From assembly GCA_963724295.1 (NCBI GenBank), contig CAVRUC010000008.1:64001-128000 (forward strand): a stretch of DNA of 64,000 nucleotides, given 5' to 3'. Both the position numbers and the translations under genes were made by a program. The notes beneath the pieces are model-generated. The model worked only from the letters and a program-made list of their open reading frames with translations, had not been told where the DNA came from and ran no database searches. This DNA is from an uncultured Chloroflexia bacterium. GTDB taxonomy: Bacteria; Chloroflexota; Chloroflexia; Thermomicrobiales; UBA6265. Positions 17,984 through 26,421 of the stretch are shown here, piece by piece (position 1 is the first letter of the stretch; each line of letters opens with the position of its first letter).

Positions 17984-19048
17984 CTAGCGCCGCTTGCGGT
18001 GACGATCCTCCTTAGGGAAGATCCATCTGACACCTTTGCCGCCGATCCTGAATACCCGGAAGAACATCCAGCCCGCGAATAATATGGTCAGGAAGTTTCC
18101 GATCACGGGAAGGGTGCCCATAGTGTCCCTGGAGAGGTTGGCCGGGATTTGCAAGAGCCCCATGAGGCCGGCAATGCCGAGCATGAACACGAGGAGCAAG
18201 ATCGCCAGCGCAAACATTTGCCGGCGCCTTCGCGTCACAGCAATGTCTTCGGCGCTGAAATAGTTGAGCCGTGAGATGAGGGACGGCGATTCCGGCTCAT
18301 CAGCGTTTGCTTCGCTCAGCGGCTGATCCGCCTGAGCTCCTTTCACGAGTTGATCCGTAGAGGCTCCAACTGAAGTAACCACGATCTTCTCGACCGGAAT
18401 CCCTTGCAGATCGGCGAGTTGCTGCCGGAGAGCGTCACGTTCCGCCGCAACGCGGCCAATCACGCGATGGGCCGTTTCCAATTGCTGCATCAACATATTC
18501 AGGTGCCGGTTCAGCGCCCCGAGCGCGGGATGATCGTCCACGCCGTCGATCGCCGCCTTAGCCGCTTCTTCCTTGTTCCGTGCGCGTCTCCCGGTACGGA
18601 TCCCTTGCTTCTGGGTCTGGCCCGGGAAGGCGATGACGAGAGCTCCTGCCTCACCACTGGACGCATTGGTCTCCGGAGGGGAGCCGTCCGCACGCTCGGC
18701 ACTTTCCACTGTGGCGGATGCGGCGGGATCTGGCGGCACGGCGCTATTCTCCGCGAGTGGCGCGCGCGGGCGTCGATGTTTCTCCGCACGAGCTAGCCGG
18801 CGCGACGTACGACCGGCATCCGCACCCTTGTTCGCCTCTAGCGCCTCGTCCAACTCGCCGGTACGAGCAACTCCCTCTTCACTGGGGACGGGTTCGACTG
18901 CGACCGCATCGTCCTGGGGTGGTCGTTCCATCCGACCATTCGCCGGCAGACCGGTCACGCCATTGGAGGAAGCATCCAGCTCGGTTGGTGCGGCGGACGC
19001 CTGCGGCTCGGCTATTTCTTCAGTTCTCTGTAAGTTTTTCCCGATCAA
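17984..19048 (-). CDS. Hypothetical membrane protein (disordered N-terminus, coiled coil, two C-terminal TM helices)
   Basis: Likely TTG start at 19048 with GGGAGAGG RBS. HPALGALNRHLNMLMQQLETAHRVIGRVAAERDALRQQLA coil. Hydrophobic C-terminal segments. Confidence 0.65.
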   Translation of the reverse strand: MIGKNLQRTEEIAEPQASAAPTELDASSNGVTGLPANGRMERPPQDDAVAVEPVPSEEGVARTGELDEALEANKGADAGRTSRRLARAEKHRRPRAPLAENSAVPPDPAASATVESAERADGSPPETNASSGEAGALVIAFPGQTQKQGIRTGRRARNKEEAAKAAIDGVDDHPALGALNRHLNMLMQQLETAHRVIGRVAAERDALRQQLADLQGIPVEKIVVTSVGASTDQLVKGAQADQPLSEANADEPESPSLISRLNYFSAEDIAVTRRRRQMFALAILLLVFMLGIAGLMGLLQIPANLSRDTMGTLPVIGNFLTILFAGWMFFRVFRIGGKGVRWIFPKEDRHRKRR

Positions 19049-19102
19049 TGGGTTTCCTCTCCCAAAAACTCCTCCGGCCTTCCTTATATAAGCGTGTGAG
19101 GT

Positions 19103-19193
19103 GAAATGATATTTGTCAAGAATCAAGGAACTCCCTGGGATGAGCGTTGCGGGAGACTGGCAGTCTAGCAGGCTCACGCGGTAACTCATCGTC
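19103..19193 (-). repeat. 91-bp conserved non-coding element, copy 1 (promoter-like)
   Basis: Ungapped alignment with 24671-24761, 58/91 identical by manual count. Core GCGGGAGA.TGGCAGTCTAG.AG. Confidence 0.7.
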
Positions 19194-19618
19194 GTCTTTG
19201 GTGCTCCACCCGTGAATGGTTCCCAGCGCCGCAGTTCCCCGATAGTGATGCTCACATAGTCGCCTCGCTTATGCACACCCTGTCTTCTCGCCGTTGCCCC
19301 CACAGTTTGGCAGCCCAGTTGATCACCCTTTCGACAGGCAAATTGAGCGCGGAGATGCAGGGCAACCCACCTCCGACAATTCTGTCAAGTCGACTCGTCC
19401 TCGATCCCACCGACGTTTTCGGTCCGATCGGTGGCGATTTTCCACGCGGCCTGACGCGTGCCGACGTTCGCCTCGAGCCCCGCGAGTGCGATCCGCTGGG
19501 CTCGCAACGTCTGCTCCAACTCCGCGATCCATGCCCTGGCTTTCGCCAGCGACCCGGCCCTCTGGGATCTCAGACCCTGCCGACCCGTGCTAGGCTGAAT
19601 CTCGACACGGAGGTCCTT

Positions 19619-20674
19619 GTGCGCGCGCTTCTTCTGGCTCTGTTGTGCTTGCTGCCAGCCCTGCCCACGCTGGCTCAGACCGAGTCCCGGCCCGACATCA
19701 TCGTCATTTTGCTCGACGACATGCGTACGTCCGATTGGCAGGCGCTGCCCGAGACGCAGGACCTGCTGGAGGACGGGACGTGGTTTCCCAACTTCATCCT
19801 CACCACCCCGCTCTGCTGCCCCAGCCGGTCCAGCCTGCTCTCGGGGCGCTATGCCCATAACCACGGGGTCAAGACCAACCGCTCGGGCTGGGAGGCCTTT
19901 CGCAACGACGAAGCCGCCGCGCTGCTGCGTTGCTTGGCGGCTATGATGCCGCGCTGATCGGCAAGTACCTGAATGGGTACCGCAGCAACTCCCCGACCCC
20001 GCCAGGTTCTGGCGAAACGGATACCTTCCGGCGGGCGCAGTGGCGCCGCGGATCAGCACCGACAGGAGCGAGAGCCAGGGACGTTCGTGATCTGGTGAAG
20101 AACAGCGCCATGGTTCGCCCCCTACGCACCGCACAAACCCGCCACGTATGCGCCCCGGCATGCCGACGCCTTTCCCGATGCCCGGGGCAAAGACCGGGAC
20201 CGGCTGCGCGCGATCCTGGCCGTCGACGAGGCGGTAGTCGCCATCGCGGAGGCGATGGGGCCACGCTGGGACCAAGCCTGCGTCTTCGTCCTCTCCGACA
20301 ACGGCTACCTGATCAAGGCGCGCGAGAAGAACGTGCCCCGTGATGAGGTGGTGCGGGTGCCGATGCTGGCGCGGTGCCCTGGGTTGGGCCAGGGGACGGA
20401 GCACCGTATCGCCGCCAACATCGATCTGGCCCCGACGATCCTGCGCGCCGCTGGCGAACAGATCCCGGAGAGGATGGACGGGCGGGCTTTGCAGGACGGG
20501 GCGCAACGCGACGGCATCCTGATCGAGGGTTGGGAAGGCAACGGCGCGACGCGGAACTGGGCGCGGGTCTGGACCACGGACCGGATCCTCGGCTCACAGC
20601 ACGCCAGAGCCTGGATCAACGAATTCTACCGTTGCGCGGGGAACGAGTGTCGGGACGCCGACGGCGGTGGGTAG
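19619..20674 (+). pseudogene. Secreted formylglycine-dependent sulfatase, fragmented
   Basis: Signal peptide, RPDIIVILLDDM, CCPSRSSLLSGRYAHNHG (CxPxR). Continues in other frames as GYDAALIGKYLNGY, VLSDNGY, ANIDLAPTIL. Several frameshifts and shorter than typical. Confidence 0.85.
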
Positions 20675-20965
20675 ATCAATCACCGTCTGAGGCCCGGCCT
20701 TTCGCCGTTGAATTCAGATGTTCCGTCTGGTCGGCGTCAAGCGTCTCGATCTGACCGGGCGCTAGCTGCGGTCAGTTCGCGAACCCAAGCAGGCGAGTTG
20801 ACCACACCCGCCTCATCGGACGCGGCTGATCGCGGAATCGGGGTGTTGATGAACACTTCGCGTGGTAAGGGACCGGCACGTACGGCTTGTTCGGCGCAGT
20901 AGGAAGAGTGCCGATTGCACTAAGCGGACCGGAGCCGGGGGTATTGCGAAATAACAGCAAAGTTC

Positions 20966-21670
20966 GTAGCGCACCTCGTAGCCGAGGGCCCGGATGCGGT
21001 CGGCGTGTCGCTCCCAAAAGATCGCCAGGTGCAAGGGTGAGAGGTGGTTGCGCCAGTCCCCAGAGGTCGCCGCCGGATGCGACGCTTCAGCCCCTTGCGC
21101 GTCCGTAAAAGGGTCTCCGCCTGACACGCTTCAATCGCTGAGCGGACTGCCTCTGGCGCGACCGGTTCGATCTGATCGGTAGCGCGGGTCAGCTCGGCTT
21201 CGGGCTGCTCGACGAGGCGTTCGTAGCGCACCACCACAGAGGCCCCGCTCTCCAGCCAGTCGATCCCGAGCTGCAGCTGGGACCCGAAGTGGTCGGCCAG
21301 ATAGGCCAGGACCACCGGGTATGGATGGCCCGGCCAGCCATCACGTCGGGGGTCCGATCGACCGCCTTGGTGGCGCGCTGCTCGTTGTCGGCCTGGGCCT
21401 GGGCAAAGAAGTAGCGCGAGACGAACATGTCGTACGGGTCACGCAGAATGGTCGCCAGGTGGATGGAGTTGTGGGTCGCCAACTCGACGAATTGCGGCGA
21501 GTAGGCGGTGATGGTGGAACACGGCGTTCTTCTCGCCGGCCAGCCAGGCGATCGGCCGTGCCACTCGGGCGCTGTCGCCAGGTCAGCCAGTCCAGACCAT
21601 AGACGGATGAGACCAGGCACTTCAACCAGGAATTCCCGGTCTTTGGCGGCGCCACGATCAGGATGCGCAT
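20966..21670 (-). pseudogene. Sulfotransferase-domain gene, paralog 2, multiply frameshifted
   Basis: MRILIVAPPKTGNSWLKCLVSSVY / TILRDPYDMFVSRYF / VVRYERL / ERHADRIRALGYEVR spread over four ORF-track fragments. The stop position reads TAC. Confidence 0.8.
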
Positions 21671-21827
21671 TGAGTGCACTCCGTGCGGCCGCGACTATGG
21701 AGCAGGGTGCTCGCGCACCCTGGCCGAAGATACGCTATTCGAGCTCCCCGGGGATATCGCGGAGGGGGAAAGCAACGCTAGTCCTCAAGCGCACAAGGCG
21801 CGAACCGCCGGCGTTGCGCCAAAGAAC

Positions 21828-22552
21828 TCAGCGAACGTCATAGCCGAGGGACCTGATCAGGTCGGCATACCGCTCGCGGAATATCATCAGGTGTTCGTCA
21901 CGCAATCGTTCCTTTGAGTCGCCAACTTTCGCTACCCGAACGGTCCACGGTTTGGTCTCCTCCCACTGGCGCATATTCTCGGCTCTGCAGGCCTCAATCG
22001 CGTGTTCGATCCGTTCCCGGTCCACCGCGGCGATCTGCTCGGTCACGCACGTGAGCGCCGCTACCGGGTCGTGGTGAAGATCTTCGTAGCGCACGGCAAT
22101 CGCCCGTCCACTGTGGAGCCACGCGTGCGCCATTCTGGGGTGACCACCGAAGCCATTTGGGTCGGCGAGGAATGCGAGCACCTCGGGGTCATCGAGTGGT
22201 TTGCCAACCATCCGTTGCCTGGGCCGGCGCTCGGCGCGCTCCTGGTTAGCGGGCCACCTTCCGCTGCGCCCAGTAGTACAGGGATACAAACGCGTCATAT
22301 GGGTCGCGCACGATCGTGACAATCTTTGCCGGCACCGCCTCGATCTCGTCAGCCAGCTTGGATTTGTAGCGACTATGGAGGTGAAATACTGACCCGTCTG
22401 GAAACTCGCCGCGGCGCGCCCACTCCCGGAAGAGTTTCGGCTTTGTGCCATCCGCTTCCGCCGGGTGAGCAGTTGCAGATGTAAATCGTGCCAAGGAGAC
22501 ATTCGATCCAATGGTTGCCTGACCGGGGAGCCGAGACGACCACGATCCGCAT
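21828..22552 (-). pseudogene. Sulfotransferase-domain gene, paralog 3, frameshifted
   Basis: MRIVVVSAPRSGNHWIECLLGTIY / GEFPDGSVFHLH..TIVRDPYDAFVSLYYW / AVRYEDL..FRERYADLIRSLGYDVR* in three fragments. Confidence 0.8.
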
Positions 22553-22780
22553 CTGCCGTGACTCCGCAATCCTTGTGGCTCTCGCCGTTCTCACCGATCA
22601 GGCCCCGAGCGTAATCGAGGCGGAACCACTCAACAAGGGACATGATCCATGGCGCGCGACATGACGGCCCCTCCGGCAGTTTCACCATCGCCCAGGCAGC
22701 GCGCCGCGCGTGCAGCGCCGCTAGATTCACGGCGTTCCTGGTGCACAACGCCATGCGCAGCCACACGCCGCGCTTGACCG
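22481..22780 (+). repeat. ~300-bp imperfect direct repeat, copy 1 (5' end and upstream region of sulfotransferase paralog 3)
   Basis: 22481-22592 is nearly identical to 26032-26143. Patchy similarity continues to CCACAyGCCGCGCTTGACCG (22761/26322). Confidence 0.8.
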
Positions 22781-22935
22781 CGCGAAGATCAGGCCATCAG
22801 GAGGAAGGCAACAAGAGAAACTCCTTGCCCTAGCGGCGGCTGACTCGATTGGCAGTGCGTAGACCTCAGGCTGCTGCGTCTTGTCGAGCTACTCGCTAGG
22901 ATATTCTCACACGTGCATGGACGGAGGGCCGACGC

Positions 22936-24540
22936 ATGATGTCGAGAAGTTCAGCTCGCGGTCCAGACCATCCTCCAGCGGGCCAGCGGTCGCTTGAACC
23001 AGGCGATTTTTCGTTTGCCGGGTTCGGTGAACTGCGGTGGGATGAACTGCGGAAGCTCTCGAAGCTCAGCATCCGCAGCGACCCGCCAGCCGTCTCCGTC
23101 GTCGAGGATGCCATCTTTGTCCCCGGGAGCGGTGAGGCACTTTCGCGGAAAACCAAGCTCATTGGCGGCATCGTCAAGCCCGATGGGTCGCCGATCGACA
23201 CCGCGCAGTTGCATCGCAAGGGCGGCAAGCACTTCGGCGGTCTGACAGAGGCGGTCTCGGTAGCGGTAGAGGGCGAGCTGGATGAGGACGTCGTCTACCT
23301 GGGACCCCTGTTCACCCATTACGGCCGAGTGCTGCTGGAATCGCTGGCGCGCGTCTGGTACCTGAGCGAGGTTGATCCCTGCGTAAAGGTCATCTTCAAC
23401 CACACCGCCACATCGCGAGACGGACACCTGGTACAAGCCGAGTATCCACCCTGGGTATTTAGGCTGCTATCGCTTTTTGGCATTCCGACGGATCGGATCC
23501 TGGCGCTGGAGCGTCCGACGCGCCTGCGTCGCGCCATCGTTCCCGAGCCGCTCTTCGAGCAGCTCTTCTCGGCACACGTGGAGATGGTGCGCCCCTTCCG
23601 GGAGGTGGCCGCACGCATTGCCGGCGACGTCACGATGTCGAGGCAGCCGCTGTATCTCAGTCGCCGCCGGCTGACAAGCCGTGAGCGGCCGGTTGTCGGT
23701 GAACCCGAACTCGAGGAGTTGCTGCGGAAGAATGGGTTTGCCATCGCGTATCCCGAGACGATGACGTTCGACGATCAGATTCGGCTGATCAACGCCCACG
23801 CGGACATTGTTTCCAGTATCGGGAGCGCCGCGCACACCATCCTCTTTGCGCTCGGCAAGCCCAGGCTCCATCTCCTGGCGCACCGGGAGAGTATTTCTGG
23901 CAACTTCTTTCTCTGCTCCGCCATCGCTGACGTGCCAACCACGTTTGTCGACTGCCTGGGATCGGGTGGCCGGGCAAGCCCCAAGGCTGAGCGACGGAAC
24001 CGAGAGGCGGACTCCGCCGAGATTCCTCTGGACATCCACGCTGTCGACACGGTCGTGGGGCCGCAGTCCGTGCCGCAGCTCCTCGAGTGGGACCGCGTCG
24101 TCAGCTATCTCGATCAGACGGGTTTTCTCGCGAGTCAGTCGCCTCCCGGGATGCTCGATCCTGACGCTCTCACCACCATGAAGCGTCGCCATGACGAAGC
24201 CTGGTTTTACACACGTCTTCGCTTGACCGCGAGGAGGCTGGGTTCGCTGTCAGCAGATCTCGAACGTGAAGCACTCGATCTCGCCGCCGAATCGTGGCCG
24301 ATAAGCTTCGTGCTCGCTGTGTACTATGCGGGTGCTGGCGACAACTCAGGCGCCGATACGTTAGCGAGCCAGTTCGCGACGCTCCTGGATCGGGAAACCG
24401 ACGTTGACCGGTTGGCGTACTTCCGCGGAGATATTCATGAGCTGGCGGGCCAACTTGCCGCCGCGTGTCAGCCGGCGACGGCCAACCGTTTGGCGTCGAT
24501 TCTTTCCGAGCGTCTCCCATGGGAATCGCTCGATGACTAG
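22936..24540 (+). CDS. Glycosyltransferase family 61 (DUF563) protein
   Basis: VYLGPLFTHYGRVLLESLARVW, LYLSRRRL...R.VVGE.ELEELL...GFAIAYPETMTFDDQI, GSAAHTILFA. Confidence 0.85.
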   Translation: MMSRSSARGPDHPPAGQRSLEPGDFSFAGFGELRWDELRKLSKLSIRSDPPAVSVVEDAIFVPGSGEALSRKTKLIGGIVKPDGSPIDTAQLHRKGGKHFGGLTEAVSVAVEGELDEDVVYLGPLFTHYGRVLLESLARVWYLSEVDPCVKVIFNHTATSRDGHLVQAEYPPWVFRLLSLFGIPTDRILALERPTRLRRAIVPEPLFEQLFSAHVEMVRPFREVAARIAGDVTMSRQPLYLSRRRLTSRERPVVGEPELEELLRKNGFAIAYPETMTFDDQIRLINAHADIVSSIGSAAHTILFALGKPRLHLLAHRESISGNFFLCSAIADVPTTFVDCLGSGGRASPKAERRNREADSAEIPLDIHAVDTVVGPQSVPQLLEWDRVVSYLDQTGFLASQSPPGMLDPDALTTMKRRHDEAWFYTRLRLTARRLGSLSADLEREALDLAAESWPISFVLAVYYAGAGDNSGADTLASQFATLLDRETDVDRLAYFRGDIHELAGQLAAACQPATANRLASILSERLPWESLDD

Positions 24541-24670
24541 CGATGTAAATCGCCCACAAGTGAGAGCCCAAGACTACCTACCGTGTAGCGGCTATCATTA
24601 TCAAGATTGTCTCAGTAGATCATTTCTTAATAGCTGAGTATTTGTCTTTTTTCGCGGGATTTTATGAAAC

Positions 24671-24761
24671 GAAATTGGTTCCGTCTAGATATCGAGCGCT
24701 AGCTGGGATTTACGGCGCGGGAGAATGGCAGTCTAGGAGACATCTGCAGGAACTCACGGTC
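24671..24761 (-). repeat. 91-bp conserved non-coding element, copy 2
   Basis: Homologous to 19103-19193. Lies in an AT-richer gap with no downstream minus-strand gene. Confidence 0.7.
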
Positions 24762-25046
24762 ATTATCGGTGACACAGGCATCAATGATTCGCAGCGCCGC
24801 GGGCCACTCGCTTGCTCACTATTGAAGTAGAGATCAGACGCGGTTCGTCGTCAAATTGACATGGCAGTCACGTCCACCATATCTCCTCGACACTCTCTAG
24901 TTCCGAGAGCGTGGAATGCTTTTCGCGCCCGAGTTGACAAGAGTGAATGACTCGGTGTTTCGTGTCGTCGTCTCGGTGCTGCCCAGTGTCATCAGCGTCC
25001 ATGGCTAACAAGGCCCAGTCGGCCAAGAACGCGCCCTAGTCGACTA

Positions 25047-25844
25047 TCAATCCCAGTCCATACTACGACTCAGCAATGCTTCGAGCCGCTTGTTATGCGG
25101 CTCGAACCACTCGATCAGCCGAGCTCGCGTATCGCTGTTCATGGGCGGGTAACCTCCTCCATCCTTGCGAATACCGAGGTCCGTCGGATGGTAGCGGGGC
25201 ATCCCGAGAAAGTCGAAGACTTCGTTGAGTACGATGGCTGGCTCGGCAAAGAACGTCTCGCTGCGGACCACTAAGAGGCGGTTCGTTGGGATTGCCCTTA
25301 GCCAGGGGGCGACTTGCTCGGCGTAGAGACCGCGCTGGAGGTAGGAAAACTTACTGCGGTCTGCACTCGGGCCGCTCCCTGCCTCTTCCGGATGCAAGGG
25401 CTCAATTGCAGTGGCCTCTTCGAACGTTCGCCGCTCGTTTCGTCGTCGTACCTGCATCCAGTAGTGGGAGTAGGCCCGGTCAACCGGGTTGCGCAGTAGG
25501 ACGACGATCTTTACTAAAGGCAGGTCGGTAGCGATGCGGAATGGCGTATCAGGGTCGGCCAGATAGTTCGGGCTAGCTTCCCCACAGAACTGAGCCTCGT
25601 CAAACCGGGGGAAGAACGCCCGATACCAATCGAGGCCATTTGCATACCAGCGGTTGAAGTAATGGATTTCCTTTCTTGCAGCAGGTCCGGCCTGTGGATG
25701 TTGACTCAAATAGGTGTAGAGCGACGACGTCCCGCCTTTTTGGGCTCCCGGGATAATGAAGTCAGGAAAGCGGCGTTCCTGAGCAGTTGCAACGGCCGAA
25801 GGGGAGGGGTCGCGACGGTCTTTACGCGCTCCCGATTCACTCAC
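25047..25844 (-). CDS. Sulfotransferase (heparan-sulfate 3-O-/NDST-like bacterial family), intact; start uncertain (ORF open to 25943)
   Basis: PDFIIPGAQKGGTSSLYTYLSQHP, KEIHYF, GEASPNY, VLLRNPVDRAYSHY, YLQRGLY, WFEPHNKRL. Confidence 0.9.
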   Translation of the reverse strand: MSESGARKDRRDPSPSAVATAQERRFPDFIIPGAQKGGTSSLYTYLSQHPQAGPAARKEIHYFNRWYANGLDWYRAFFPRFDEAQFCGEASPNYLADPDTPFRIATDLPLVKIVVLLRNPVDRAYSHYWMQVRRRNERRTFEEATAIEPLHPEEAGSGPSADRSKFSYLQRGLYAEQVAPWLRAIPTNRLLVVRSETFFAEPAIVLNEVFDFLGMPRYHPTDLGIRKDGGGYPPMNSDTRARLIEWFEPHNKRLEALLSRSMDWD

Positions 25845-26031
25845 CGATAACCCTTGAATCGACGGCCGCCTGACGTCCCGGACCACTCCACCCGAAATCC
25901 GATCGGTAATCGGAAGTACGTGAACGAGCACATCCTCCACCATTGAGGATCAATGCTACTAATTTGAAGCTTACCGAGGGTCGGACTCTGCGTGCAAGAA
26001 TTTTTAGCTCATTTTGCGGTGCCATGGGCCC

Positions 26032-26341
26032 GTATATCGTGCCGAGGAGGAATTCGATCTAGTGGTTGCCTGACCGGGGAGGCGAGACGACCACGATCCG
26101 CACCTGCCGTGACCCCGCAATCCTTGTGGCTCTCGCCGTTCTTGCTGAACTGCCCACCAGGATCGTAGTCGACCCGAAAAAAGTCAGCAAGACGGACGGA
26201 CGACTAAGTGGACGCGACATGAACGCGGTCACTGCCGTTTCACCATTGTCATGGCAGAGCGTGCCTCGATCGTCGAGCCACCGTTCGCAACGGAATTTCT
26301 TTTGCCCAATGATCGGAGCAACCACATGCCGCGCTTGACCG
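26032..26341 (+). repeat. ~300-bp imperfect direct repeat, copy 2, containing a 24-codon sulfotransferase 5' stub on the minus strand
   Basis: Minus strand 26103-26032 reads VRIVVVSPPRSGNH*IEFLLGTIY, versus MRIVVVSAPRSGNHWIECLLGTIY in paralog 3. Confidence 0.8.
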
Positions 26342-26421
26342 GACGATACGGGTTCTGTCACGATGTATCTCTCCCCGCCACATGCGTCAGTCCGCGTTGA
26401 CAGGATCGATCTCACCACGGC

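Noticed and set aside
17771..26061. Amber recoding (pyrrolysine or alternative code) suggested by in-frame TAGs in the sulfotransferases and at 37333
   Set aside because: The TAGs replace different residues (Tyr in paralog 1, Trp in the stub), co-occur with frameshifts, and TAG is a normal stop for dnaK, grpE and others.
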